From Alphaproteobacteria bacterium (GTDB taxonomy: Bacteria > Pseudomonadota > Alphaproteobacteria > UBA828): a stretch of 64,000 nucleotides of DNA. A program made the position numbers and the translations under genes. The stretch covers positions 256,001 through 320,000 of the forward strand of contig CAXXMU010000005.1 of NCBI GenBank assembly GCA_963667785.2. Reading direction: 5' to 3'. Shown in pieces: positions 1 to 10,657 of the stretch (position 1 is the first letter of the stretch; the number at the start of each line of letters is the position of its first letter). The notes beneath the pieces were generated by a model, which saw only the letters and a list, made by a program, of their open reading frames with translations, was not told where the DNA came from and ran no database searches.

Positions 1-384
1 CTGCGCGGCCAGGTCCTCCACCACCTGCGCCATGACCAGCATGGCGCTCGGGCAGACGTCGGGGCACCAGGTGAAGCCGAAATAGATCAGCGTGTGGGTG
101 CCGTGGAAGTCGCTGTCGGTGCGCGGCGCGCCGGTATGGTCGATCAGCGAGAACGTGCCGGTGATCTCCTCGGCCGGCACCGCCATGCGGGAGACGTGGC
201 TCTGCTCGAAGTTGCCGAACAGCGAGCCGTCATACTGCGTGTAGATCAGGATCGCGCCGATCACCACGATCCAGAGCAGCGGGTTGGTGCGGCGCGGTCC
301 GGGCCGCTGGCCGCGGCCGCCGGGCTGCTGGCCGTCGCCGCCGGACGGCGGCCCCATGCCGAACCTGCCGAGTTCCTTCCACAT
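1..384 (-). CDS. SCO1/SenC family copper chaperone (5' part, runs off window start)
   Basis: Manual minus-strand translation from ATG 384 gives an N-terminal TM helix, then FSLIDHTG...LIYFGFTWCPDVCP (SCO CxxxC motif). Not in the ORF track. Confidence 0.9.
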   Translation of the reverse strand, partial: MWKELGRFGMGPPSGGDGQQPGGRGQRPGPRRTNPLLWIVVIGAILIYTQYDGSLFGNFEQSHVSRMAVPAEEITGTFSLIDHTGAPRTDSDFHGTHTLIYFGFTWCPDVCPSAMLVMAQVVEDLAAQ

Positions 385-492
385 GAGCGGGCGATGCGTG
401 GCCTGAGCGCCTTCAGGGCGCCAGACTATCGCCTGCGCGGCCTGCGCGGCAAGCGAGCCGGGCGCGAGTCGGGCGCACGAGGAGGGGGCGCC

Positions 493-1347
493 TCAGCCGG
501 CGGCGCGGCGCCAGTGCCGAGCCAGCGCCTCGGCCGCCTCGGCGCGGGCCTCGATGGTCGCCTCCGGGTCCAGCGCGCGCCTGAGCCGCACCACGTCGCC
601 CACCACCACCAGGCAGGGCGCCTCGATGCCTGCGCGCTTTGCCGCCGCCGCCGCGCCTGCGAGCGGGGCCTCCACCACGCGCTGGGTTCCGGTGGTGGCC
701 TGGCTGATGAGCGCCACCGGGGTCTCGGCGGCGAGGCCGTGGCCGGCGAGCCGGGCCGCGATGGTGTCGAGCTGGCGCAACGCCATGTAGAAGATCAGCA
801 CCGGCGCGCCCCGGGCGATCGCCTGCCAGTCGAGCCCGTCCGGCACGCCGCCCGCCGCGTCGTGGCCGGTGAGCAGCGTCACCGCCGAGTTGGTCGTGCG
901 ATGGGTCATGGGGATGCCGGCCGCGGCGAGCCCGCCTGCGGCGGCGGTGACGCCCGGCACGAGGCGGAAGGGGATGCGCGCTGCGGCGAGCGCCAGCGCC
1001 TCCTCGCCGCCCCGGCCGAAGACGAAGGGATCGCCGCCCTTCAGCCGCAGCACCCGGAGCCCCTGCCGGGCGAGCCGCACCAGCCGGCCGCTGATGTCGG
1101 GCTGGCGCGCCGACGGCTTGCCGCCCCGCTTGCCGGCATATTCGAGCGAGACCCCCGGCCGGGCCAGCGCCAGGATCTCGGGCGAGACCAGGGCGTCGTA
1201 GACGACGCAGTCGGCACGCTTTAGCGCGTTCAGCGCATGGAGCGTGAGCAGGCCGGGGTCGCCCGGTCCCGCGCCCACCAGCCAGACAGAGCCGGGCTCG
1301 ATCGCCGGCAGGGGCGGCAGGCCGGGGGCAGGGTGCGCGTCGTCCAT
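493..1347 (-). CDS. cobA: uroporphyrinogen-III C-methyltransferase
   Basis: VWLVGAGPGDPGLLT, YDALV, RLKGGDPFVFGRGGEE motifs. Confidence 0.95.
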   Translation of the reverse strand: MDDAHPAPGLPPLPAIEPGSVWLVGAGPGDPGLLTLHALNALKRADCVVYDALVSPEILALARPGVSLEYAGKRGGKPSARQPDISGRLVRLARQGLRVLRLKGGDPFVFGRGGEEALALAAARIPFRLVPGVTAAAGGLAAAGIPMTHRTTNSAVTLLTGHDAAGGVPDGLDWQAIARGAPVLIFYMALRQLDTIAARLAGHGLAAETPVALISQATTGTQRVVEAPLAGAAAAAKRAGIEAPCLVVVGDVVRLRRALDPEATIEARAEAAEALARHWRRAAG

Positions 1348-1394
1348 CGCCGCACTCTACACCGGCCGGGCGTCGGCGCGGTATAACCGGCGCG

Positions 1395-2495
1395 ATGACG
1401 GCGGAATCGGAGCAGGCGGGCGCGCTCAGGCGGGGCTGGACCACCGGCGCCTGCGCCGCGGCCGCGACCCGGGCGGCCTACGAGGCGCTGGTCACCGGAC
1501 GCTTCCCCGACCCGGTCTCGGTGACGCTGCCGGGCGGCGAGGCGCCCTCCTTCCCCCTCGTGCTCGCCGAGCGCGGCGCTGGCCACGGCCGTGCCGGCGT
1601 GCGCAAGGATGCGGGCGACGACCCCGACGTGACCCACGGCGCGCTGGTCGAATCCTGGGTGCGCCCGGCACCGCCGGGAGCGGGCATCGTCTTCCGCGCG
1701 GGCGAGGGCGTCGGCACCGTGACCCGGCCGGGGCTCAGCCTCGCGGTGGGCGAGCCCGCGATCAACCCGGCGCCGCGCCGCATGATCGCCGAGATGCTGG
1801 GTGCGCTGGCGCCGGCGCTCGGCGGGCCGGCCGACGTCTCGGTCGCCATCTCCATTCCCGACGGGCGCCGCCTTGCCCGGCAGACCATGAACGGCCGCCT
1901 CGGCATCGTCGGCGGCCTCTCGGTGCTGGGAACCTCCGGCATCGTCAAGCCCTATTCCTGCGCCGCGTGGATCGCCTCGATCCGGCAGGGGATCGACGTG
2001 GCCGCTGCCGCCGGTGCCACCCATCTCGCGGCGGCCACGGGCCGCGTCTCGGAACGGGCGGTGGCGGCGCTCTACGGCCTCGACGACGGCAGCCTCATCG
2101 ACATGGGCGACTTCGCCGGCGCGACGCTCAAGCTGGTCCGGCGCAAGCCGGTGCCGCGGCTCACCATCGCCGGCGGCTTCGGCAAGATCAGCAAGCTCGC
2201 CGACGGCCACCTGGACCTCCATTCGGCGCGCAGCACGGTCGATCGCGCGGGCCTCGTCCGCCGCCTCGCGGCGCTCGACGCATCCGAGGCAACGCTGGCG
2301 GAGGCGCGGGCCGCCGCCTCCGCCGCCGCGATCCTCGCGGTCGCGTCAGACGCCGGACTGGCGCTTGGCAACGCGGTCGCGGCCGCCGCGCGTGACCAGG
2401 CCCTGGCCGTGCTCGCCGGCGCCCGGCCCAGCCCTGCCGTGGACGTGCTGATCGTCGACCGCGCAGGCTCCGTCGTTGGCCGCGCCGGCCCCTGA
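1395..2495 (+). CDS. cbiD: cobalt-precorrin-5B C1-methyltransferase
   Basis: LRRGWTTGACAAAA, KDAGDDPDVTHG, NGRLGIVGGLSVLGTSGIVKPYS. Confidence 0.95.
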   Translation: MTAESEQAGALRRGWTTGACAAAATRAAYEALVTGRFPDPVSVTLPGGEAPSFPLVLAERGAGHGRAGVRKDAGDDPDVTHGALVESWVRPAPPGAGIVFRAGEGVGTVTRPGLSLAVGEPAINPAPRRMIAEMLGALAPALGGPADVSVAISIPDGRRLARQTMNGRLGIVGGLSVLGTSGIVKPYSCAAWIASIRQGIDVAAAAGATHLAAATGRVSERAVAALYGLDDGSLIDMGDFAGATLKLVRRKPVPRLTIAGGFGKISKLADGHLDLHSARSTVDRAGLVRRLAALDASEATLAEARAAASAAAILAVASDAGLALGNAVAAAARDQALAVLAGARPSPAVDVLIVDRAGSVVGRAGP

Positions 2496-3246
2496 GCGCC
2501 TGCTGATCCTGGGCGGCACGGCCGAGGGCCGTGCGCTGGCGGCGGCCGCAGAGGCACGCTTCGGGCGCTCGCTTGCGGTGATCTCGGCGCTCGCCGGCCG
2601 CACCCGAACGCCGGTCCTGCCGGCGGGCTGCGTCCGCATCGGCGGCTTCGGCGGGGCGGCGGGGCTCGCCGCTTACCTGCGCGAAGCGGGGATCGGCCTC
2701 CTGATCGACGCCACCCATCCCTTCGCCACCCGCATCTCGGCGCACGCCTGCGAGGCGGCGGCACGGTCAGGCACGCCGCACCTCGCGCTGGTGCGCCCGC
2801 CCTGGCGCCCGGCGCCCGGCGATCGCTGGATCGACGCGGGCACGACGGCCGACGCTGCGGCCGCGATCCCGGCCGGGGCGGCGCGCGTCTTCCTCACCGT
2901 CGGCGCCCGCGCGCTGGCCCCTTTTGCCGGCCGCGACGACCTCTGGTTCCTGGTGCGGCTGGTGGATCCGCCGGCAGCGCCGATCCCCCTCGCCCGGCAC
3001 CGGCTGATCTGCGCCCGCGGGCCGTTCAAGGAGGAGGACGAGCGCGCGCTGCTCCGCGACCACCGCATCGACTGCCTGATCACGCGGGCGAGCGGCGGTG
3101 CGGCGACCGCGGCCAAGCTCGCGGCGGCGCGGGCGCTCGGGTTGCCGGTGGTCATGGTGCGCCGCCCGGCGCCGCCACCGGGCGAGCGCGTCGCCTCGAT
3201 CGAGGATGCGCTCGCCTGGATCGAGCGCCACCTGGAGGCGCGTTAG
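2476..3246 (+). CDS. cobK: (cobalt-)precorrin-6A reductase
   Basis: LILGGTAEGR, RIGGFGG, IDATHPFA, RGPF motifs; TTG start overlapping cbiD. Confidence 0.92.
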   Translation: MAAPAPERLLILGGTAEGRALAAAAEARFGRSLAVISALAGRTRTPVLPAGCVRIGGFGGAAGLAAYLREAGIGLLIDATHPFATRISAHACEAAARSGTPHLALVRPPWRPAPGDRWIDAGTTADAAAAIPAGAARVFLTVGARALAPFAGRDDLWFLVRLVDPPAAPIPLARHRLICARGPFKEEDERALLRDHRIDCLITRASGGAATAAKLAAARALGLPVVMVRRPAPPPGERVASIEDALAWIERHLEAR

Positions 3247-3387
3247 AGCGGATCCGTCTTTGACGGATACGCGACAGGCCGCGACCGCGGCCCGCCGCTT
3301 ATGCGGCGCCCTCGCGGAGGCGCCGGCCGTCGCGCCGGCAGGCGCGCGGAAACGCTGGACGGCCGGCTGCCGTGAGCGACCAAGAGG

Positions 3388-3422
3388 CTGGAGCGTTTCC
3401 GCGTAAAGCGGGCACGCTCCAG
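3388..3422. terminator. inverted repeat between convergent cobK and addA
   Basis: CTGGAGCG...CGCTCCAG hairpin. Confidence 0.4.
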
Positions 3423-3441
3423 GAGCAGGCCGGGCGCGGTC

Positions 3442-6400
3442 TCAGGCGCTCTCCGGCAGCCAGATCAGGCGGGGCGCATCGACGAAGAGCAGGCCGCAGG
3501 CGATCCTGCGCTCGGGGAAGACCGCGGCCAGCGCCGCGCGGTAGCTCTCCATCTGGGCGCGATAGGCCTCGGGCACGGGCTCGCCCTCGGCAGGGGCGCG
3601 GCCGGTCTTGAAGTCCAGCGCGATCACCTCCCGCTCGTTCACCAGCAGCCGGTCGATCTGGCCCGCGATCTCCCGCTCGCCGACGCGGGCGGATATGGGT
3701 GCCTCGGCGAGCGCATCGGGGCCGAAGTAGGGGGCGTAGTCAGGGTTCTCGATGAGGGCGATCATGGCTGCCGCCAGGGCCTCCTTCTCGTCCTCGCCGA
3801 GGCGGCGCCTCGCCAGCAGGCGCCGGGCCGCGGCCGGGCGGGCCGCCTGCGGCAGCGCGGGAAGGCGCTCGAGCAGCGCGTGGGCGGCGATACCGCGCAG
3901 CCGCGCTCTCTCTCCGGCCTGGTCGGTCGGCGAGTGCGGCGCTGTGTCGGCAAGGGCGCGCGAGGGCGCGAGGGGACGCGGCACGGGCGGCTCCGCCGGC
4001 GGCGGCGCCAGCAGCGCGGGCGGCAGCGGCGGGGGGGCCTCGGGCTCCGGCGCGCGATCCTCATGCGCCGGCAGCGGCGCGGTCTGCGGCTCGTCGTAGA
4101 CGAGGCCGGCGGCGCCTGCCGCGATCCCTTCTTCCGTCATCGCCAGCGGCACTGCGCCTTCCAGGCCCGCCATGCCGCGGCGCACGAGCGCGTACCAGCA
4201 GTCTTCGGGCGGCTTGTCGCGGCCCTGCCAGCCACAGACGTAGAGCCGGTCCTCGGCGCGGGTCATCGCGACATAGAGGAGCCTGCGGTATTCCTCGTCC
4301 CCCGCGGCGCGGGCGCGAGCGCGGGCGTTCCGCGTGACGGGATCCTCGCGGCTCACCCGGCCGGGCCAGAGCAGGCCGTCGGGCGTGGCGACGCCGATAT
4401 CCGGCCGCTCCTCCTCCAGCCAGACGAGCGGGTCGCGGGCGCCCGGCTTGCGCATGGTATCGGGCAGGAAGACCACCGGCGCCTCCAGCCCCTTGGCGCC
4501 GTGTACGGTCATGATCCGCACCTCGTCGCGCCCCTGCTCGAAGTCCCGCGCGATCTCCGCGCGCCCGTCCCACACCCAGTGCAGGAAGCCCTGGAGAGAG
4601 TGCGGGTGGGCGCGGCCGTAGCCGAGGGCCAGCGCCAGGAACTCCTCCACGGCATCGCCCGATTCCGGGCCGAGCCGGCCGAGCAGCGCCGCCCGCCCGC
4701 CGCCTGCGCCGAGCACGTGCGCGTAGAACTCGAAGGGCGCCAGCGCATCCGCCGCCCTGCGGAACGCGGTGAGCGCGCGGTGGGCATCGCCGAACACCGG
4801 GCATTCGTCGCGGCGCCTGGCGAGCGTCGCCCACAGGCTCGCGGCGCCGCGCCCGTGGGCGAGGGCGAACAGCGCCTCCTCGTCGAGCCCGATCAGCGGG
4901 CTCCTGAGCACCGTGGCCAGCGTCAGGTCGTCGTCCGGCAGCAGGCAGAAGTCGCCCAGCGCGATCAGGTCCATCACCGCGAGCTGCTCGGTCAGCACCA
5001 TGCGGTCGATCCCCGCCACCGGCACCGCGCGGGCCTTGAAGGCGCGCAGCAGGTGATCCACGAAGGGGCCGCGGCGGCGCACCAGCACCAGCACGTCGCC
5101 GGGGCGGATCGGGCGGCTGCGGGCCGCGAGCCAGGCGTCGTCGCCGGGCGACGCCGGCTCCTGGGTCCAGCGGGCGACGCGAGCGGCGATGAGGGCGGCG
5201 AGCCGGGCTGCCGGGTCGTCGGCCGCCTCGCGCGCGACGGGCGGGGCCCAAGGCTCCGGCGGCTCTCTCTCTCCCGGCACCAGCGGCGGCCACAGCTCGA
5301 CCCGGCCGGCGGCGCCCGCACGATACACCCGATGGCGGATCGGCGCCGCTCCTTCGGTGACGCCCTGGGCCGCCTCGGGCCGGGCGAACACCGCGTCGAC
5401 CGCAGCGAGCACCGCCCCGGTGGAGCGGAAGGATTCGGCCAGCGGCAGCGACTGCCAGGGCTGCCCGGCGGCCTCGGCCCGGCTGCGGAAGCGCCGATGG
5501 GCGGCGGCGAGCGCCCGGGCATCGGCGCCCTGGAAGCTGAAGATCGACTGCTTCCCGTCGCCGACGGCGAAGAGCGTGCGCGGCGCGGCGCGCGCGCCCT
5601 CGCCGGCGAAGAACTCCTCCGCCAGTGCCGCGATCACCGCCCACTGCGCCGGGCTTGTATCCTGCGCCTCGTCGATCAGCAGGTGGTCGAGGCCGCCGTC
5701 GAGCTTGTAGAGCACCCAGGGCGCGATGCCGGCGAGCCCGAGCAGGTCGCGGCTCATCGCGATCTGATCGCCATAGTCGAGCACGGCGTGGCGTGTCTTC
5801 TCGGCGCCGTAGAGGGCGAGATGGCGCGACGCCACCTCGAGGAGCGCGGCGCTGCCCTCGGCGACGCGGGCGGCGTTCCAGCGCTCCGTGAACGCGACGA
5901 GCCGCTCCTGCTCGGCGCCGAGCGCGTCCGCCGCTTCCGGGTGCGCGTCGCCGAGCTTCTTGGTGACGAGCCGCTGGAGGGGCTCGTCCTTCTGGCTGAG
6001 GAAGGCGCGGCGATAGGCGCCAAGGCCCGCCATCCGTGCCGCATGCACACCGCCGAGCCAGGTCGCGATCGCCTGCGCCCGCCTCTTGTCGGTCACGGCC
6101 CCTGTGCCAAGAACGCGGGCCGCGTTGGCGAGGCTCTCGCGATCGAAGGCCTCGTCCGCGCAGGCTTCGGCGAGCAGGCCGTCGGCCGTCGCGCCGTCCG
6201 CCACGCCGAGCCTCGTGCGCAGCGCCGCGACGGCGCCGGCGAGGCCGCCGTGACGCCGGATCAGCGCGGCGAAGCGGTCGCGCTCCCGGCTCACCTCGGC
6301 CAGCAGGGCGGCGAAATCCTCCTCGCCCACGATCGCGGTCATGGCGGCAAGGGCTGCGGAGAGCGTCGCCTCGGCTTGCGGCCGGGCGGCGTTCAGCAGA

Positions 6401-6900
6401 CGCGCCCGCGCCGCGCCCAGCAGCGCGCTGCTCATGCGCTCGTCGGCGATCTCGAAGTTGGGGGCGACGCCCGCCTCCAGCGGGAAGCGCCGCAGCAGCG
6501 ACTGGCAGAAGGCGTGGATGGTCTGGATCTTCAGCCCGTCGGGCGCGTCGAGCACGGTGGCGAAGAGGCGCCGGGCCAGGTCGAGCGTGCCGCGCCGGGG
6601 CGGGCTCCCGGTCAGCGCGGCGAGGGAACTGCCAAGCGCTTCGTCGTCAGCGACCGTCCAGCGGGCGAGCTCGCTGGAGATCCTGAGCGCCATCTCGGCG
6701 GCGGCGGCGCGGGTGAAGGTGAGGCAGAGAATCCGCTCCGGCGCGGTGCCGCCCAGCAGCAGGCGCAGCACGCGGTCCGTCAGCACCTTGGTCTTGCCGG
6801 TGCCGGCAGACGCCGCGACCCAGACCGAGGCGCCCGGATCCGACGCGTCGTGCTGGGCTCGGTTGAAGGCCTGCGCCGGTGCCTGTCCGCGCGCGGCCAT
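3442..6900 (-). CDS. addA: double-strand break repair helicase/nuclease AddA
   Basis: ASAGTGKT Walker A, LIDEAQDT, VGDGKQSIFSFQGA, C-terminal GQIDRL..DFKTG nuclease; start trimmed to ATG 6900. Confidence 0.95.
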   Translation of the reverse strand: MAARGQAPAQAFNRAQHDASDPGASVWVAASAGTGKTKVLTDRVLRLLLGGTAPERILCLTFTRAAAAEMALRISSELARWTVADDEALGSSLAALTGSPPRRGTLDLARRLFATVLDAPDGLKIQTIHAFCQSLLRRFPLEAGVAPNFEIADERMSSALLGAARARLLNAARPQAEATLSAALAAMTAIVGEEDFAALLAEVSRERDRFAALIRRHGGLAGAVAALRTRLGVADGATADGLLAEACADEAFDRESLANAARVLGTGAVTDKRRAQAIATWLGGVHAARMAGLGAYRRAFLSQKDEPLQRLVTKKLGDAHPEAADALGAEQERLVAFTERWNAARVAEGSAALLEVASRHLALYGAEKTRHAVLDYGDQIAMSRDLLGLAGIAPWVLYKLDGGLDHLLIDEAQDTSPAQWAVIAALAEEFFAGEGARAAPRTLFAVGDGKQSIFSFQGADARALAAAHRRFRSRAEAAGQPWQSLPLAESFRSTGAVLAAVDAVFARPEAAQGVTEGAAPIRHRVYRAGAAGRVELWPPLVPGEREPPEPWAPPVAREAADDPAARLAALIAARVARWTQEPASPGDDAWLAARSRPIRPGDVLVLVRRRGPFVDHLLRAFKARAVPVAGIDRMVLTEQLAVMDLIALGDFCLLPDDDLTLATVLRSPLIGLDEEALFALAHGRGAASLWATLARRRDECPVFGDAHRALTAFRRAADALAPFEFYAHVLGAGGGRAALLGRLGPESGDAVEEFLALALGYGRAHPHSLQGFLHWVWDGRAEIARDFEQGRDEVRIMTVHGAKGLEAPVVFLPDTMRKPGARDPLVWLEEERPDIGVATPDGLLWPGRVSREDPVTRNARARARAAGDEEYRRLLYVAMTRAEDRLYVCGWQGRDKPPEDCWYALVRRGMAGLEGAVPLAMTEEGIAAGAAGLVYDEPQTAPLPAHEDRAPEPEAPPPLPPALLAPPPAEPPVPRPLAPSRALADTAPHSPTDQAGERARLRGIAAHALLERLPALPQAARPAAARRLLARRRLGEDEKEALAAAMIALIENPDYAPYFGPDALAEAPISARVGEREIAGQIDRLLVNEREVIALDFKTGRAPAEGEPVPEAYRAQMESYRAALAAVFPERRIACGLLFVDAPRLIWLPESA

Positions 6901-9900
6901 CAGGGCTCTCCGCCGGGCACGGACCACTCCTTGTGCCGGGCCAGGTGGGCGTAGTCGTTCCAGGGAGGCGCCAGCACCGGCCGCGGCACCGGGTGGTAGG
7001 GGGTCGCGGGATCGTCGAAGCGGGCGACGAGCGCCTGCAGGCCGCGCAGCGCGTCCTCGGCGAGCGCTCCCGCATCGCCGCCGATCTCGCTGATCTCGCC
7101 GGCGGTCTCGGCCCCGCTCAGCCTCCAGTAGGCGAGCGCCGCGACCCCGGCGGCGGCGACGCCCGCGAACCCGCCTGCCGCGGCGATCGCCGCCTCCAGC
7201 GAGAGCTGCGGACGCCGGCCGTCGGCGACGTGGCTCTTCGGCGGCACGCTGCCGGTCTTGTAGTCGATGATCTCCAGTGTGCCCGCCTCGGTCCCGTCGA
7301 TGCGGTCCGCCTTCGCCGTGAGGCGGAAGCGGCCGGCCGGCGCATCCAGGTCGAGCGCGCCCTCCACCTCGGTCGCGAGCGGGCGGCATGCGGGCCTGCG
7401 CGCGCCTTCCGTCTCCAGGAACCAGCGGACGATGCGCGCAAACCGCGGCCACCAGAAGGCGAGCACGCCGGGGGGCGTGCCGGCCGCCTCGAAATGTGCC
7501 CGGCCGAGGGCCAGCAGGCGCTCCTCGGCATCCGCAGGCAGCCTCTCCGGATGCGCACGCACGAACGCCTCCAGGATGCGGTGGATGACGATGCCGCGTT
7601 CCGCCGCGCTCGGGTCGGCGTCCACGGGCTCGAGCGGCTTGAGGCGGAGAATGTCGCGCGCATAGACGGAATAGGGATCGGCGATCCAGGTCTCGATACG
7701 CGTCACCGAGAGCCGTCGCGGCCGGGCCCAGACCGGCGGCGCCGGCGCCGGCGCCGGCGCCGGCCGGGGGCCGGGGGGCTTCGCCGGCCGGTCCAGCGCA
7801 TTCCACCAGCCGAGCAGCGCGGGCTCGCTCGCGCGGAGCGCGGCCGCACCCCCGGGCGTGCCCGCCAGCAGGGCGTCGAGGCGCTGGAGCCAGCGCGAGG
7901 GGATCGTCGGCGTGCCCTCGATGCGCCGCGCCCGCGTGAGCCAGACCTCCGCCGCGCCACAGCACTGGACGAAGTCGTGGGCGGAGAGGCCGATGCGGAG
8001 CTCCGGCGGCGGCAGGCCGAAGTCCGCCCGCATGGGGCGGCTCATCCAGGGATCGCCCGCCGCCGCCGGCGGCCAGACGCCCTCGTTGAGCCCGCCCAGG
8101 ATCATGCGGTCGGCATGCTGCAGCCGGGCCTCCAGCGGCCCCCAGATCTGCAGGCGGGGATGGCGGCCGTAGGGCGGGCGGACTACCTCGCCCTCCAGCA
8201 GCGCATCCAGCAGCGCCGGGTAGAGGGCGGGCGGCGCCACCGGCGGCAGCGCCGGCGCGGCCTCCATCACGCCCGCCACGAAGCGCGCCGCCCCCTCGCC
8301 GGCCTCACCCGACCAGAGCCGCTGGGCGCCGCTCTCCTCGTCGCTCGCGGCGAGCCATTCGGCGAAGGCGACATGGGCGCGCACGAGGTCCTGCAGGGCC
8401 GCGGCGGGCCGGGACATGACGTCCGCGAAGGGGCGCGCGCCGTCTGTGAGCCCCTCCAGCCAGCGAGCGATGGCGGGATCGTCCCCTTCGAGCGCTGCGC
8501 TCAGCCCGCCGAACCCCGGTGCCGGCCGCGGGCCGCGCAGCACCGCCCGCTCCAGGGTGCGGACGGCGCGGCGGAAGGCCGCAGGCGCGTCACCGCCGGT
8601 GGCGAGCGGATGCTTGAGCGCGGCCAGCAGCGGCACCGGCGCGGCGTCTTCCGCGACCAGGCGCGCCGTGAGCCTGAGATAGGCGCCGGGGCGCGTCTCG
8701 CCGAGCGGCATGCCGGCGGAATCGTCCACCTCGATGCGCCAGCGTCTGAGCTCCGCCGCGACCCGGCGAGCGAGCGCGCGGTCGGCGGTCACCAGGGCGG
8801 CGGTGCGGCCGGGCGTCTCCAGCGTGCGCCGCATGACGATCGCGATGACGCCCGCCTCCTCCTGCGGGCTCGCGCAGTCGACGCGGTGCAGGCCGCGCAG
8901 CGCTGCGGGGTCGCGCGGCGGCAGGGCGCGCCAGGCGGCGATGGTCTCCGCCGGCCGCATGGCGTCGGCAATCAGCCGCGCGCGGAGGCGCCCTGCGCCG
9001 GATTCCCCTCCCGCCCCCTCGTCGCCTGGCCACGGCAGGACGGCATCGCGCGCGACACCGAGATGATCGAGCAGGCCCTTCAGCGCGTACTGCGGATGGG
9101 TGGGGCCGAGCGCCTCCCAGCTCTCGTCGTCGGCCTCCGTGTCGAGGCCGGGGAGGACCACCGCGCCCTGCGGCAGGCGCGCAATGGTCGCCAGCAGGTC
9201 GCGCGTGGCGGGCACGCTGCCGGTGGAGCCGGCGGCGATCACGGGGTGGGGCGGCGGCCGGGCGGCCCAGCGTTCCGCGAGGCGTTCCAGCAGGGCGTTG
9301 CGGCGCGTCCACGGGTCCATGAGACCCTCTTCCGCCAAGTGCGCCGGCCACGCGTCCATGATGATCTCGAGGAAGCTCAGCACCTGCTGCCAGTGGGCGG
9401 CGTATTCCTCCGGCGCGAGGGTGGCGAGCGCGGCCGGGTCGAGCCGGGCGATCTGGATCTCGTCGAGGAGGGCGGCCAGCGCCTGTGCGAGCCGCGAGGC
9501 CTGGTCCACGGCGCCGGCGCCGGCCAGCGCGGTGCCCGATGCCGTCTCGCCCAGCCGCTGGATCAGGCGGGCGAGCAGCAGCCGGCGGACCAGCGGCGAG
9601 ATCGCATCGGGCAGCGCCTCGTCGATCTCGTCGCCGATGCTCGCCTCGTCCTCGTCGACGTCGCCGAGAGGGCGGATGTGCGGCAGCAGCAGCGCCTGCC
9701 CCGGGCTGGCACGCAGGAAGGCGCGGCCGAGCGCGCGGCAGGCCCGGCGGGTCGGCAGCAGGATGGTGAGACGGCTGAGCGCGAGCGGGTCGTCGCGGTC
9801 GAGGGGGAGCGCGCGTCCGGCAAGAATGCCCCCGGCCAGCGTATCGACGAAGGAGCGCTCGGGCGGCACCGTGTAGAGGGTGGGGGGCGCCGCGCCCCCG

Positions 9901-9917
9901 CCGGTGCGCGCGCTCAT
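6900..9917 (-). CDS. addB: double-strand break repair protein AddB
   Basis: LLPTRRACR, AGSTGSVPAT, IWGPLEARL, C-terminal ADRID..IIDYKTG; start at ATG 9917. Confidence 0.95.
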   Translation of the reverse strand: MSARTGGGAAPPTLYTVPPERSFVDTLAGGILAGRALPLDRDDPLALSRLTILLPTRRACRALGRAFLRASPGQALLLPHIRPLGDVDEDEASIGDEIDEALPDAISPLVRRLLLARLIQRLGETASGTALAGAGAVDQASRLAQALAALLDEIQIARLDPAALATLAPEEYAAHWQQVLSFLEIIMDAWPAHLAEEGLMDPWTRRNALLERLAERWAARPPPHPVIAAGSTGSVPATRDLLATIARLPQGAVVLPGLDTEADDESWEALGPTHPQYALKGLLDHLGVARDAVLPWPGDEGAGGESGAGRLRARLIADAMRPAETIAAWRALPPRDPAALRGLHRVDCASPQEEAGVIAIVMRRTLETPGRTAALVTADRALARRVAAELRRWRIEVDDSAGMPLGETRPGAYLRLTARLVAEDAAPVPLLAALKHPLATGGDAPAAFRRAVRTLERAVLRGPRPAPGFGGLSAALEGDDPAIARWLEGLTDGARPFADVMSRPAAALQDLVRAHVAFAEWLAASDEESGAQRLWSGEAGEGAARFVAGVMEAAPALPPVAPPALYPALLDALLEGEVVRPPYGRHPRLQIWGPLEARLQHADRMILGGLNEGVWPPAAAGDPWMSRPMRADFGLPPPELRIGLSAHDFVQCCGAAEVWLTRARRIEGTPTIPSRWLQRLDALLAGTPGGAAALRASEPALLGWWNALDRPAKPPGPRPAPAPAPAPPVWARPRRLSVTRIETWIADPYSVYARDILRLKPLEPVDADPSAAERGIVIHRILEAFVRAHPERLPADAEERLLALGRAHFEAAGTPPGVLAFWWPRFARIVRWFLETEGARRPACRPLATEVEGALDLDAPAGRFRLTAKADRIDGTEAGTLEIIDYKTGSVPPKSHVADGRRPQLSLEAAIAAAGGFAGVAAAGVAALAYWRLSGAETAGEISEIGGDAGALAEDALRGLQALVARFDDPATPYHPVPRPVLAPPWNDYAHLARHKEWSVPGGEP

Positions 9918-10657
9918 CCGCTCTCTCCGCCCGCGCCGCCGCCGAGAATGCGCGCGGCCTCCGCCAGTCCCGCCGGCGAGCCGACATGGAGCGCGAGACC
10001 GCGATGCACCAGCCCGAACAGGCGGCCGCGCCCGATCGCCTCGTCGTAGTGGCGGTTCAGCGAATAGGCGCCGTCGGGTGCGGCAGCGAAGAGCCGGGGG
10101 TGCAGGAGCTGGACGCCGGTGAAGACGAAGGGCGCGCCCGGCGCCGCGCCGCGTCGCGCAAGGCGCCCGTCCGGCTCGCGGAAGAAGTCTCCGGCGCCTG
10201 CGTGGCCCGACATGCGCGCGCGCGGGCAGAGGAGAAGGAGCGCATCCATCGCCACCTCGTCCCACGCCCAGGCTAGGCGCGCGAGCGCGGGCGCGTCGCG
10301 CTCCACCAGCACGACATCACTGTTGAGCACGTAGAAGGGGCCCTCGCCGAGCCGGGGAAGCGCCCGGCGCACGCCGCCGCCCGTCTCCAGCCGCTCCGCC
10401 TCGCGCGAGATGTGGATGCGGGGCGAGGCGGCCGCGGCGGCATGGGCGGCGAGAAAGGATTCGACCTGCTCCGCCCGGTGGTGGGTGTTGACGACGATCT
10501 CGTCCACGCCGGCCTGCGCCAGACGCCCGAGCGCATGGGCAACGAGCGGCCTGCCCGCGAGCGGCACCAGGGGCTTCGGGAGGGTCTCGCTGACTGCGCG
10601 CATGCGCAGGCCCAGGCCCGCCGCCAGCACCATCCCGCGCCGGGGACGGAGGATCAC
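9914..10657 (-). CDS. murU: nucleotidyltransferase (MurU-like)
   Basis: MVLAAGLGLRMR..PKPLV, LETGGGV; conserved position upstream of addB. Confidence 0.85.
   Translation of the reverse strand: MILRPRRGMVLAAGLGLRMRAVSETLPKPLVPLAGRPLVAHALGRLAQAGVDEIVVNTHHRAEQVESFLAAHAAAAASPRIHISREAERLETGGGVRRALPRLGEGPFYVLNSDVVLVERDAPALARLAWAWDEVAMDALLLLCPRARMSGHAGAGDFFREPDGRLARRGAAPGAPFVFTGVQLLHPRLFAAAPDGAYSLNRHYDEAIGRGRLFGLVHRGLALHVGSPAGLAEAARILGGGAGGESG

Noticed and set aside
1348-1394. Cobalamin riboswitch near the cob genes or the TonB receptor
   Set aside because: The cobA-cbiD gap is under 50 bp, and the TonB leader is cut by the IS end with no B12-box motif.
7739-7770. GCCGGC tandem repeat in addB
   Set aside because: Encodes an ordinary Pro-Ala linker between AddB domains.
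3880-10049. Very long plus-strand ORFs (1024 and 1056 aa) opposite addA/addB, and similar ones opposite ptsI and ppk1
   Set aside because: Antisense shadows of high-GC genes; Arg/Gly/Ala-rich with no motifs.
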